Shown piece after piece: positions 1-9,281 of a stretch of 64,000 bases of DNA. The notes under the pieces were generated by a model. The model did no database searches, was not told where the DNA came from, and saw nothing but the letters and a program-made list of their open reading frames with translations. The position numbers and the translations under genes are program-made. This DNA comes from Candidatus Fervidifonticultor sextus (GTDB taxonomy: Bacteria; Sysuimicrobiota; Sysuimicrobiia; Sysuimicrobiales; Humicultoraceae). Every line of letters starts with the position of its first letter. The first letter of the stretch is position 1. The stretch spans positions 32,001 through 96,000 of the forward strand of contig JAVKHQ010000002.1 in the NCBI GenBank assembly GCA_031459875.1. The letters are read 5' to 3'.

Positions 1-1
1 C

Positions 2-805
2 GCCTTCCTCACGATCTTCGACCACACGACGGAACGCCCGCTGCAGCCCAACCTCCTGTGGATCTTCGCGCTGGAGATGAACCGCTACATGCAGACCTAC
101 GGCATCTCCAAGCGCGACATCGCGCTCGTGGCCGTGAAGAACAAGCGCAACGCCGCCGACCATCCCGCCGCGATGCTGGGCGAGGCCGACATCACCGTGG
201 AGGACGTGCTGAACTCCGAGGTCCTGGCCTGGCCGGTCCAGCGCCTGGACGTCAGCCCGGTGAGCGACGGGGCGGTCGCCGTCGTCTTCGCCGCGGAAGA
301 GGCCGCTGCCCGCATCACCGACCGGCCGGTCTGGGTGCAGGGCGTCGGGTGGAACCTCGACACCGCCTACTGGACGAACCGCGATCTCGCCTACCCGGAG
401 TACGTGGAACGCGCGGCCCGGATGGCCTACGAGATGGCGGGCGTCCGCGAGCCACGCAGGGAGATCCACATCGTCGAGCCCTACGATCCCTTCGACTACA
501 AGGAACTCCACCACCTGGAAGGGTTGCTGCTCGCCGATCGCGGGAAGGCGCCGGAACTGGTGGCCCAGGGCGTGACGCGGCGCGATGGGACGATGCCGTC
601 GTGTCCGTCCGGGGGGCTGCTCGGCGTGGGCAACCCCATCGCCGCCGCCGGCCTGATGAAGGTCGCAGAACTGTTCTGGCAACTGCGGGGCGAGGCGGGC
701 CGGCGGCAGGTGCCGGGGCGGCCCGAACGGGGCCTGGCGCAGGCGTGGGGCGACCTGATGCAGGTGGGGACGGTCGTGATCCTCGGCACGCGGCGGCCCG
801 GGTGA
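2..805 (+). CDS. Thiolase-family protein (acetyl-CoA acetyltransferase/SCP2-thiolase-like), 5' truncated by window edge
   Basis: Frame open from base 2; motifs KNKRNA, SPVSDGAVA, EPYDPF, SGGLLGVGNPIAAAG; followed by two DUF35 genes. Confidence 0.85.
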   Translation, partial: AFLTIFDHTTERPLQPNLLWIFALEMNRYMQTYGISKRDIALVAVKNKRNAADHPAAMLGEADITVEDVLNSEVLAWPVQRLDVSPVSDGAVAVVFAAEEAAARITDRPVWVQGVGWNLDTAYWTNRDLAYPEYVERAARMAYEMAGVREPRREIHIVEPYDPFDYKELHHLEGLLLADRGKAPELVAQGVTRRDGTMPSCPSGGLLGVGNPIAAAGLMKVAELFWQLRGEAGRRQVPGRPERGLAQAWGDLMQVGTVVILGTRRPG

Positions 806-811
806 GGCGGA

Positions 812-847
812 TGAGGAGGCTCCGGACGGTGAGGAGGCTCCGGACGG
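812..847 (+). repeat. 18-bp tandem duplication TGAGGAGGCTCCGGACGG x2 including a Shine-Dalgarno-like GAGGAGG
   Basis: Directly visible between thiolase stop and next ATG. Confidence 0.9.
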
Positions 848-848
848 G

Positions 849-1364
849 ATGAAGGAGCGCACCGCACCCCTGCCCGCCACGGCGCTGACCGAGGCGGACA
901 TTGCCGGCGGGCGCGTGCTCTCGGTGCAGTCCCGCCTGCGGGCGGAATATGCCTGGGACGCGGGACTGGCCATCGGCCGCTACCTGGAGGGCTTGCAGGC
1001 TGGGCTGATCCTCGGCGTCCACTGCCGCCGCTGCCGGCGGACCGTGGTGCCGCCCCGGGCGTTCTGCGAGCAGTGCTTCGGCCCCATGGACGCGTTCGTG
1101 CCCCTGGCAGACACCGGGACCGTGAACACCTTCTCGCTGTGCTACGTCACCTGGGACGTCCAGCGCGTCGAGCAGCCGTTGATTCCGGCGGTGATCGACC
1201 TCGACGGCACCTCGCCCCGCTGCGGCATCCTCCATCTGCTCGGCGGGATCAGGCCCGACGCCGTGCGGGTCGGCCTGCGCGTGCGGGCGGTGTGGAAGCC
1301 CGCGGGCAGGCGTCAGGGCGCCATCACCGACATCCGCTACTTCAAGCCGGTGGGGCGAGGCTAG
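849..1364 (+). CDS. DUF35 Zn-ribbon/OB-fold protein (thiolase partner)
   Basis: CRRC...PPRAFCEQC zinc ribbon, then OB-fold ending G-L-R-V-R-A-V-W..DIRYF. Confidence 0.9.
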   Translation: MKERTAPLPATALTEADIAGGRVLSVQSRLRAEYAWDAGLAIGRYLEGLQAGLILGVHCRRCRRTVVPPRAFCEQCFGPMDAFVPLADTGTVNTFSLCYVTWDVQRVEQPLIPAVIDLDGTSPRCGILHLLGGIRPDAVRVGLRVRAVWKPAGRRQGAITDIRYFKPVGRG

Positions 1365-1366
1365 CG

Positions 1367-1837
1367 ATGCCGCTGGAACCGACGCTGCACGTCCAGCGGC
1401 TGCGGGCCTGGCGGGGGACCCTGCCGGTCGCCAGCCGCTACACGTACGGTCCGGCCGGAGAGCGGTTCTTCCGCGCGCTCAAGGACGAGGCGCGGCTGCT
1501 GGCGACCCGCTGCGGACGCTGCGGGATCACCTACGTCCCCGGCAGGTTGTTCTGCGAGCGCTGCTTCGACGAGTTGAACGAGTGGATCGAGGTGGGACCG
1601 GCAGGCACCGTGGAGGCGGTGACCACGGTGCACTGGGGACCGGACGGCTCACGCCTGGAGCGGCCGGTCCTGCTGGCGCTGGTCCGACCGGACGGCGCCG
1701 ATACCGTGCTCGTCCACTATCTGGGGAATGTGTCGCCTGCCGACGTCAGGATCGGGTTGCGGGTCAGACCCGCCTTCAAGCCCCCGGGACAGCGGACGGG
1801 CTCAATCCTGGACATCGTGCACTTCACGCCGGCATAG
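1367..1837 (+). CDS. DUF35 Zn-ribbon/OB-fold protein (second paralogue)
   Basis: CGRC...FCERC, GSILDIVHF; ATG 2 nt after previous stop. Confidence 0.9.
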   Translation: MPLEPTLHVQRLRAWRGTLPVASRYTYGPAGERFFRALKDEARLLATRCGRCGITYVPGRLFCERCFDELNEWIEVGPAGTVEAVTTVHWGPDGSRLERPVLLALVRPDGADTVLVHYLGNVSPADVRIGLRVRPAFKPPGQRTGSILDIVHFTPA

Positions 1838-1888
1838 AGGGGTCGGTCGAGGGTCCGACCCGGAGAGCACGTTCGAGCGGAGGGGCCG

Positions 1889-2386
1889 TTACCGCCGGGA
1901 GTGGTGCCCCTCGACGATGCGGCGCATGTCTTCCAGCAGGCGGAGGGTGTCGGCCTCGAAAGTCTCCTGGATCAGGGCGAACTTCCCCAATTGCTCGGGC
2001 GTCAGGACTGCGGCGATGGCCTGCAACTCACGCTGCCGACGGATGTTCATCTCGGCGCGCAGCGCGTTCAACTCGGCCACCCGGGCCCGGATCACCTCGT
2101 CGTCCCGCGGGGTCTGCGCCGTCAACTGCCTGATCTCTCGCACCAGCGGCCGCGCCCGGCGCCCCATCTCCAGCCGGATGTTCTTCAACGCCTTGATCCG
2201 GGGCAGGATCTTGACGATCTGGCCCTCGGCCAGGTCCAGTTCGTCCACCAGGCGCCAGAGCAGGAACGCCTCGATGATCCGCTCGCCTCTGGGGGTGGGC
2301 TGGACTTCCTGACCCGCCGCGGGCAGGACGAGGGCGGCGGCCGCGATGAGCAGCCCGGCCAGCAGGCGCCCGGGTGACGCGATCAC
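1889..2386 (-). CDS. Periplasmic Spy/CpxP/ZraP-like helical protein
   Basis: Signal peptide, LDLAEGQ and VLTPEQ (LTxxQ) motifs; GTGA overlap with anti-sigma gene. Confidence 0.65.
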   Translation of the reverse strand: MIASPGRLLAGLLIAAAALVLPAAGQEVQPTPRGERIIEAFLLWRLVDELDLAEGQIVKILPRIKALKNIRLEMGRRARPLVREIRQLTAQTPRDDEVIRARVAELNALRAEMNIRRQRELQAIAAVLTPEQLGKFALIQETFEADTLRLLEDMRRIVEGHHSRR

Positions 2387-2898
2387 GGCGGCCTCCGGTC
2401 GGTGACGCCATCGGTCTCGAGCACGAGGCCCGCCCGCCACGTGTCGAGCACCTCTCCCAGCGACGGGAGCGTGGCGGACATCGTCTCGGTCACCAGCCCG
2501 CGGGCGCGGAGGGTGACGGGATCGGGCGCGGGAGAGCGCGGCGGGGTCAGCCGCACCGCCGCGGAGACCGCGAGCGCCAGCGCCGCGGCGGCGGCCAGCG
2601 TTCCCCAGGCATGGCGCGGTGAGGCCATCCACCGGCGCATGCGGAGGGGCCACGGCTGCCGCTCCAGGGCGATCCGCGCCTGGAGCCGGTCGGTGAACTC
2701 CGCCCAGAAGCCGGGCGGCACGGCGAACGCTCCGGCACCGCGCAGCCGCGCCACCGTGGTCTCGATGGCGGCCGCCTCACGGCGACAGCCGGCGCAGACC
2801 GCCAGGTGCTCGGCGATCCCGGTGCGGTCCTGCGGCGACAGCGTCCCGGTGGTTGCCTCGACCAGGCACTCGAGCACCTGGCGGCAGCGCGGCGTCAC
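2383..2898 (-). CDS. Zinc-binding anti-sigma factor (zf-HC2) with one TM helix
   Basis: HLAVCAGC (HxxxCxxC) motif, downstream hydrophobic helix, coupled to ECF sigma. Confidence 0.85.
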   Translation of the reverse strand: MTPRCRQVLECLVEATTGTLSPQDRTGIAEHLAVCAGCRREAAAIETTVARLRGAGAFAVPPGFWAEFTDRLQARIALERQPWPLRMRRWMASPRHAWGTLAAAAALALAVSAAVRLTPPRSPAPDPVTLRARGLVTETMSATLPSLGEVLDTWRAGLVLETDGVTDRRPP

Positions 2899-3458
2899 GG
2901 CGCGCGCACCCCCTGCGCCTCCAGCGTCTGGCGCAGCCTCCGCACCGCAGCGAACATCGTCGCCTTCACGGTCCCTTCCGAGCAGCCCATGATGCGGGCG
3001 ATCTCCTGATAGGGGAGGTCCTGGTACAGCCGCAGGACGGCCATGGCCCGCTGCCGCGGCGGCAGCGCCGCCACCGCACGCGCGATGAGCCAGCCGAGCT
3101 CGCGCCTCTGGGCCTCCTCGTCGAGGCCCGGTGTGGCCAGGCGGTCCAGCAGGCTCTCGTCGGCGTCGGGCAGCGAGATCCGGGCGCGCCGGTCTCGGGC
3201 GTCCAGGCACAGGTTGACGGTGATCCGGTAGAGCCAGGTGGAGAGCTGCGAACGGCCGTCGAACCGAGGGAGCGCCCGGTGGGCGCGGATGAAGACCTCC
3301 TGGGTCACGTCCGCGGCATCCTCGTGGCTGCCGAGCATGCGCCGCGCGACGCGGTAGACCCCCTCGCGGTACTTGATCACCAGCGCAGCGAACGCGCTCT
3401 CTTCGCCGCGTCTGAAGGCCTCCAGGAGGTGGCGGTCCTCGGCGTCCACGATCGCCAT
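2895..3458 (-). CDS. ECF (sigma-70 family) RNA polymerase sigma factor
   Basis: DAADVTQEVF, STWLYRITVNLC, LPPRQR, YQEIARIMGCSEGTVK; TG-n-TACAAT 5 nt before ATG suggests leaderless mRNA. Confidence 0.95.
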   Translation of the reverse strand: MAIVDAEDRHLLEAFRRGEESAFAALVIKYREGVYRVARRMLGSHEDAADVTQEVFIRAHRALPRFDGRSQLSTWLYRITVNLCLDARDRRARISLPDADESLLDRLATPGLDEEAQRRELGWLIARAVAALPPRQRAMAVLRLYQDLPYQEIARIMGCSEGTVKATMFAAVRRLRQTLEAQGVRAP

Positions 3459-3567
3459 CATTCATTGTAACATCGCGCAAAAGATCCGGGTTTAGTCGAT
3501 CGCTCCGGCGTGGAAAAAGGTGCTACTATTAGAACACGACACACATCCAAAGGGGGGAGAGAGCCAC

Positions 3568-4194
3568 ATGCCATTCGAACTGCCTCCGCTGCCGTACGCG
3601 TACAACGCGCTGGAACCGCACATCGACGAGCAGACCATGCGCATCCACCACGACAAACACCACGGCACGTACGTGACGAACCTGAACAAGGCGCTGGAGA
3701 GCGCGGCGAACCTGCAGGGGAAGACCATCGAGGACCTCCTGATGAACCTGGCTGCCGTGCCCGAGTCCATCCGCACGGCGGTGCGGAACAACGGGGGCGG
3801 CCACTACAACCACACGATGTTCTGGAACATCATGGGTCCCGGTGGGGGCGGCGCGCCGGGGGGCGACCTGGCGAAGGACATCGCCGCCACCTTCGGCTCG
3901 TTTGACGCCTTCAAGGAGGCGGTGAACAACGCCGGGCTGGGCCGGTTCGGTTCGGGCTGGGCCTGGCTCGTGCTCGACGGCAACGGCAAGTTGACGGTCA
4001 CCAGCACGCCCAACCAGGACAACCCCCTGATGGACGGCCAGAAACCCATCATGGGCGTGGACGTCTGGGAGCACGCCTACTACCTGAAGTATCAGAACCG
4101 GCGGGCCGACTACCTGCAGGCGTGGTGGAACACGGTCAACTGGAAGGAAGTGGAGGCGCGGTACGCGAGGGCCAGGCAGGGGACGCTCCCCTAG
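3568..4194 (+). CDS. sodA: Mn/Fe superoxide dismutase
   Basis: [38 protein letters not shown]. Confidence 0.97.
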   Translation: MPFELPPLPYAYNALEPHIDEQTMRIHHDKHHGTYVTNLNKALESAANLQGKTIEDLLMNLAAVPESIRTAVRNNGGGHYNHTMFWNIMGPGGGGAPGGDLAKDIAATFGSFDAFKEAVNNAGLGRFGSGWAWLVLDGNGKLTVTSTPNQDNPLMDGQKPIMGVDVWEHAYYLKYQNRRADYLQAWWNTVNWKEVEARYARARQGTLP

Positions 4195-4295
4195 CGCCGC
4201 CGGGCTCCGCCGTCGTGGCGGGATCGGGCAGAGCAGCAGGAGGCCGGTGGCCGAGAGCCGAAGCCGAACCATGCGCAGCGTGAAGGTGGAGGGCC

Positions 4296-4478
4296 ATGGA
4301 AGAGGTCGAGCTGTGTTGCCCCTACTGTGAAGCGGTGATGGAGCAGCGCTTTCACCTGCACATGCCGGAGTTCGTCTGGTACGAGTGCCCCATCTGCGGG
4401 CATCGCGCCGAACCGCGCGGCGGGCACTACGTGACGCCCGAGGACGAGGCCGAGACCTACCAGCCGTCGCCCTACTAG
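4296..4478 (+). CDS. Small zinc-ribbon protein, 60 aa
   Basis: CPYC...CPICGH, GGAGG SD upstream. Confidence 0.65.
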   Translation: MEEVELCCPYCEAVMEQRFHLHMPEFVWYECPICGHRAEPRGGHYVTPEDEAETYQPSPY

Positions 4479-4507
4479 CCGCGCCCGCCTGTCGGCCTCT
4501 CTGCGGG

Positions 4508-5284
4508 TCAGGCCTGCTCCGGGGCCAGCCGCTCCTTGACCGCGGCCACGATGTGGTCTGCGAGCCGGTCCAGGATGGCCTCGCCGATCTCGGGCCGCGC
4601 GCGGGTGGCATCCCCGATGATGCCGTTGGGCGTCACGGCTCGCAGCCCGCGCCGGAAGAGGTCGTCGGGATCGATCGGCCCCACCAGCCCCCGCTCCAGA
4701 CGCCCGGCGTCCACCAGATGCGGGTGGAGCCGCATCATGATCGAGGTCTCCGTGGCGTCGGCGTGGATGACCTCCACGTCCTGGGGGGCGCCGAGGCCCG
4801 AGGCGGTCTCCACCATCAGCCGGGACATCGCCATCAGGTCCCGACGTCCTGCGAACTCGACGATCCGTACCCCCCGCTGCCCGAACTCCTCGCGCAGCCG
4901 GCGGGCAGCGATCTCCAGGGCATCGAAGTTCCCGCCGTGCGACGAGAGCAGCACGAAGGTGTCGAACCCGTGCGGGACCAGCGACCGGACGTAGGCCATG
5001 ACGGTCTGGATGAGGACCTCCTGCGGCACCGACAGGCTGCCGGGAAACGCCAGGTGGTGGTCGGAGCAGCCGGGCCGGATCACCGGGGCCAGCAGCGCCC
5101 GGCCGAGCCGGCGCGCCACCCGCTCGCCGACCGCGTGGCCGATGGCCGCGTCGGTGACCATCGGGAGGTGCGGGCCGTGTTGCTCGACGGACGCGGTCAC
5201 GATCACGACGGTGCGGACGCCGGCGCCCAGGGCCTGCTCCACGTCCGGCCAGGAGAGTTCTTCCAGCAGCACGGTGTCCTTCAT
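4508..5284 (-). CDS. Creatininase/creatinine amidohydrolase family protein
   Basis: SVEQHGPHLP, SDHHLAFPGSLS, SHGGN, HADATETS. Confidence 0.92.
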   Translation of the reverse strand: MKDTVLLEELSWPDVEQALGAGVRTVVIVTASVEQHGPHLPMVTDAAIGHAVGERVARRLGRALLAPVIRPGCSDHHLAFPGSLSVPQEVLIQTVMAYVRSLVPHGFDTFVLLSSHGGNFDALEIAARRLREEFGQRGVRIVEFAGRRDLMAMSRLMVETASGLGAPQDVEVIHADATETSIMMRLHPHLVDAGRLERGLVGPIDPDDLFRRGLRAVTPNGIIGDATRARPEIGEAILDRLADHIVAAVKERLAPEQA

Positions 5285-5294
5285 CTCGTCCTCC

Positions 5295-6923
5295 TCACGG
5301 CACCTCGTGTTCCAGACCGGCGAGCGCGCCACGGGCCAAGACGGCGCGGCCGTCGACTACCGTGGCCAGCACCTGCACGCGGAGCAGGTCCTCGGGGGAT
5401 CCGGCATAGGGATCGCGGTCCAGCACGATGAAGTCTGCGACCTTGCCCGCCTCCAGCGAGCCCTGCCACGTCTCGGTGCCGGATGCGTGCGCCGCCCCCA
5501 CCGTGTACGCGCGCACGGCCTCCTCCAGCGTCAGGCATTCCTCCGGATACCACGACCGGCCGCCGGGCTCGCCCTCCCGGCGCCGGGTCACCGCGGCATA
5601 GAGCCCGCGCCAGGGGTCCGGGGTCTCCACCGGCGCGTCGGAGCCAAACGCCAGGACTGCGCCGCTGGCCGCCAGCGACCGCCAGGCATACGCCCACCGG
5701 GCGCGGGCCCCCCAGTAGCGCTCGGCGATCTCCCGATCGGCGGTGGCGTGGACCGGCTGCATCGAGGCGACCACGCCCAGCCGGGCCAGCCGCGGCAGGT
5801 CGTCGGGGTGAAGGAGCTGCACGTGCTCGATGCGGTGCCGCGCGCCGATTCGCCGCGACGCGGCGGCGTGCCGCTCGTACACATCGAGGGCGTCGCGGTT
5901 TGCGCGGTCGCCGATGGCGTGGATGGCGGTCCACAGGCCGGCGGCGACCGCGCGCCCGACCAGGGCGTCGAGTTCCTCGGGCGCGCGCACGCGGATGCCG
6001 GTGTTCTCCGGCTGTCCGTCGAAGGGCAGTAGCATGCTGGCGGTCTGCGATCCAAGGGTCCCGTCGGCGAAGATCTTCACCGGCCCCACACGGAGCATCG
6101 CGTCGCCCAGGCCGGTGCGGATGCCCACCGTCGCCGCGGCGTCCAGGAGCCGGTCGGGCAGGCAGGCGACGACCCGGAGGGTCAGGGCGCCCCGCGCATG
6201 CAGCCGCTGGAGGGCGGCGAAGTGGTCGGCGGCAGCCGCACCGGGGCTGGTGAAGGTGTGCACGCCGGTGATCCCAAACCGGTGCAGGTCGGCGGCGGCG
6301 GCCAGGGCCGCGCGCTCGAGCTGCTCCGGGGTCGGCGGCGGAATGACGCGGCGGACCAACGCCATGGCTTCTTCTTTCAGGAGGCCGTCGGGGAGCCCGA
6401 CGCCATCGCGCCCGATGGCGCCGCCGGGCGGGTCGGGGGTCTTGGGCGTGATCCCGGCCGCGCGCAGGGCCGCCGAGTTCACCCACAGGAGGTGGCCGTC
6501 CTTACTGGTCAACGCCGCCGGCCGGTCGCCAGTGACCGGATCCAGGTCGGCGCGCGTGGGGAACCGGTCCTCCACCCACAGGTTCTTGTCCCAGCCGTGG
6601 CCGAGGATCCAGGCCTCAGGCGGCCGACCCGCGGCGGCAGTCGCCACCGTCCGGACGGCCTCTGCGATCGAGCGGGTCTCCCGCAGGACAACCTGCAGCA
6701 GCCCGAGGCCGTAGCCGACGAGGTGGATGTGCGCGTCGACAAGACCCGGGAACACGGGACGGCCCAGCAGGTCGATGCGCCGGGCACGGGGAAAGGCCGC
6801 CAGGAGGTCGTCGGACTCACCGACCGCCAGGAGCCGCCCGCCGGCGGTGGCCAGGGCCTCCGCCTCGGGGGTCGGACCGCCGCGGGCGTGCACGCGCGCC
6901 CGATAGAACACCGCCAGGGACAT
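5295..6923 (-). CDS. Amidohydrolase-3 family (YtcJ-like) metal-dependent hydrolase
   Basis: PGLVDAHIH, KIFADG, HAIGDRA, RIEH, FGSDAPV. Confidence 0.92.
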   Translation of the reverse strand: MSLAVFYRARVHARGGPTPEAEALATAGGRLLAVGESDDLLAAFPRARRIDLLGRPVFPGLVDAHIHLVGYGLGLLQVVLRETRSIAEAVRTVATAAAGRPPEAWILGHGWDKNLWVEDRFPTRADLDPVTGDRPAALTSKDGHLLWVNSAALRAAGITPKTPDPPGGAIGRDGVGLPDGLLKEEAMALVRRVIPPPTPEQLERAALAAAADLHRFGITGVHTFTSPGAAAADHFAALQRLHARGALTLRVVACLPDRLLDAAATVGIRTGLGDAMLRVGPVKIFADGTLGSQTASMLLPFDGQPENTGIRVRAPEELDALVGRAVAAGLWTAIHAIGDRANRDALDVYERHAAASRRIGARHRIEHVQLLHPDDLPRLARLGVVASMQPVHATADREIAERYWGARARWAYAWRSLAASGAVLAFGSDAPVETPDPWRGLYAAVTRRREGEPGGRSWYPEECLTLEEAVRAYTVGAAHASGTETWQGSLEAGKVADFIVLDRDPYAGSPEDLLRVQVLATVVDGRAVLARGALAGLEHEVP

Positions 6924-6959
6924 GGGCAGGGGAAACGTTCCCCGGCGGCCGGCGATCTC

Positions 6960-7445
6960 CTACCCGGGCAGCGCCCGCAGCAGCCTCGCCATCTGGATCG
7001 CCGCCTGCGCCGCCTCCTCGCCGCGGTTCACCGTGCCGCCGGCGCGCGCGGCCGCCTGGGCGGGGTCGAAGACCGCCAGCACCTCGTTGATGAGCGGCAC
7101 GCCGGTTTCGAGGGCGACCCGCGCGATCCCTGCCGCCGCGTTCTGCGCCACCAGGTCGAAGTGCAGCGTCTCGCCCTTGATCACGCACCCCAGGCAGATG
7201 ACTGCGTCGTACCGCCGGGTCTCGGCCAGGCGGCGGGCCGCCAGGGGGATCTCAAGGGCGCCGGGCACCCAGGCCACATCCACCCGTGCGGCGCCCCGCT
7301 GCGCCAGGACCGCCTGGGCACCCTCCAGGAGCCGCTGCGTGATGGCCTCGTTGTACCGGCTGACGACGATGGCAAACGACAGGCCGGTGGCGTCGTCGCC
7401 GCCGCGGTAGACGCGGGACCCGGCCTCCATGGCGCCAGCGGTCAC
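6960..7445 (-). CDS. ribH: 6,7-dimethyl-8-ribityllumazine synthase
   Basis: IVVSRYN, VPGALEIP, LGCVIKGETLHFD. Confidence 0.96.
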   Translation of the reverse strand: MTAGAMEAGSRVYRGGDDATGLSFAIVVSRYNEAITQRLLEGAQAVLAQRGAARVDVAWVPGALEIPLAARRLAETRRYDAVICLGCVIKGETLHFDLVAQNAAAGIARVALETGVPLINEVLAVFDPAQAAARAGGTVNRGEEAAQAAIQMARLLRALPG

Positions 7446-7458
7446 GGAACGGTCCTCC

Positions 7459-8682
7459 CTACTCGAGGCTGAGCAGGTGCCCCAGGCGGTGGCGCTTGGC
7501 CTTCAGGTAGGCGTAGTTCTCGCGGTTCGGGGGGACCTCCAGGGGCACACGTTCGACGACCTGGAGCCCGTAACCCTCCAGCCCGGCCCGCTTCAGCGGG
7601 TTGTTGGTCAGCAGGCGCATCTGCCGCACGCCGAGGTCGGCCAGGATCTGGGCGCCGACGCCGTAGTCGCGCGGGTCCGGCGGGAACCCCAACAGTTCGT
7701 TGGCCTCCACGGTGTCGCTCCCCCGGTCCTGCAGCGCGTAGGCCCGGATCTTGTTGTCCAGCCCGATCCCGCGGCCTTCCTGGCGGATGTAGACGACGAC
7801 GCCGCGGCCCTCCTGCTGGATCATGCGCATGGCGGCCTGGAGCTGCTCGCGGCAGTCGCACCGCAACGACCCGAAGACTTCGCCCGTCAGACACTCGGAG
7901 TGCATCCGGACCAGCACCGGCGCCCCGTCGTCGACGGTGCCCTTCACCAGGGCCATGTGGTGCGAACCGTCCAGGAGGTTCTCATAGACGACGCCGGTGA
8001 ACTCGCCGACGGTGGTGGGCAGGCGGGTCTGCCCCTCCCGCCGCACGAACCGGTCGGTGCGCAGGCGGTGGCGGATCAGGTCCTTCACGGTGAGGATCTT
8101 CAGGCCGAAGCGCCTGGCCATCTGGCGCAGCTCCGGCAGGCGGGCCATGGTGCCGTCTTCGTGGACGATCTCGCAGACGACCCCCGCGGGCTGGAGCCCG
8201 GCCAGGCGCGCCAGGTCCAGCACGGCCTCGGTGTGCCCGGCGCGCCGCAGCACCCCGCCGGGCGCCGCGCGCAGGGGGAAGACGTGACCCGGCCGCACCA
8301 GGTCGTCGGGTCCGCCCTCTTTGGCCAGCAGGCGGATGGTGAGCGCGCGGTCGTGGGCCGAGGTCCCCGTGCCGCCGCGGCGGGCGTCCACCGACACGGT
8401 GAACGCCGTCCCGTACTTCGAAGTGTTCTCGGTCACCATGAGGGGCAGCCGGAGGTCGTCGCACCGCTCCGGGGTGAGCGGGACGCAGATGAGCCCGCGG
8501 CCATGGGTCATCATGAAGTTGACGGCCTCCGGCGTGGCGTGCTCGGCCGCCATGATGAGGTCGCCCTCGTTCTCACGGGCCTCGTCGTCCACGACGATGA
8601 GCATCCGCCCGGCCCGCAGGTCCTCCACCGCCTCCTCCACCGTGGCGAACTCGCTCCTGGCGACCTCGGTGCGATCCGTCAT
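7459..8682 (-). CDS. ribBA: Bifunctional DHBP synthase / GTP cyclohydrolase II
   Basis: DDEARENEGD, RPGHVFPL, RAGHTEA, HSECLTGEVFGSLRCDC, QEGRGIG, LTNNP. Confidence 0.97.
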   Translation of the reverse strand: MTDRTEVARSEFATVEEAVEDLRAGRMLIVVDDEARENEGDLIMAAEHATPEAVNFMMTHGRGLICVPLTPERCDDLRLPLMVTENTSKYGTAFTVSVDARRGGTGTSAHDRALTIRLLAKEGGPDDLVRPGHVFPLRAAPGGVLRRAGHTEAVLDLARLAGLQPAGVVCEIVHEDGTMARLPELRQMARRFGLKILTVKDLIRHRLRTDRFVRREGQTRLPTTVGEFTGVVYENLLDGSHHMALVKGTVDDGAPVLVRMHSECLTGEVFGSLRCDCREQLQAAMRMIQQEGRGVVVYIRQEGRGIGLDNKIRAYALQDRGSDTVEANELLGFPPDPRDYGVGAQILADLGVRQMRLLTNNPLKRAGLEGYGLQVVERVPLEVPPNRENYAYLKAKRHRLGHLLSLE

Positions 8683-9281
8683 CTGCCCTGCGCTCCTCTG
8701 GCGAGCCGCTCCACGTACTTGGCCAGGATGTCCACCTCGAGGTTGACGCGATCGCCGCGGCCCCGCCGCCCCAGCGTCGTGACCGCCAGGGTATGGGGGA
8801 TCAGCGCCACGGCAAAGGGCCCCCCGTCGCGCGCACGCGCCACCGTGAGGCTGACCCCGTCCACGGCAATCGAGCCCTTCTCGACGATGTACGGCAGCAG
8901 GTCGGACGGCGGCTGGATCTCCATCCAGACCCCGTCGCCCTGGGGTTCGAGGGCCGTGATGGTGCCCACGCCGTCAATGTGCCCCTGGACGATGTGGCCG
9001 CCCAGCCGCTGGTCGAAGCGCAGCGGGCGCTCCAGGTTGACGGGGTCGCCGGGCCGCAGCGCTCCCAGCGTCGTCCGGCGCAGCGTCTCGACCGCCAGGT
9101 CCGCCTCGAACGCCCCGCCGTCGACCGCCACGATGGTCAGGCACACCCCGCTGACCGCGATGCTCTCGCCCACGCGGGCGCCGTCCAGCAGCGCCCCGGC
9201 GTGCACCCGCAGGCGTGCCCCGCCCGGCCCATGCTTCACACCCCGGACCTCGCCCATCGCCTCGATGATGCCGGTGAACAT
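8679..9281 (-). CDS. ribE: Riboflavin synthase alpha chain
   Basis: MFTGII, GVCLT, GGHIVQGHID, KGSIAVDGVSLT, VNLEVD. Confidence 0.96.
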   Translation of the reverse strand: MFTGIIEAMGEVRGVKHGPGGARLRVHAGALLDGARVGESIAVSGVCLTIVAVDGGAFEADLAVETLRRTTLGALRPGDPVNLERPLRFDQRLGGHIVQGHIDGVGTITALEPQGDGVWMEIQPPSDLLPYIVEKGSIAVDGVSLTVARARDGGPFAVALIPHTLAVTTLGRRGRGDRVNLEVDILAKYVERLARGAQGR

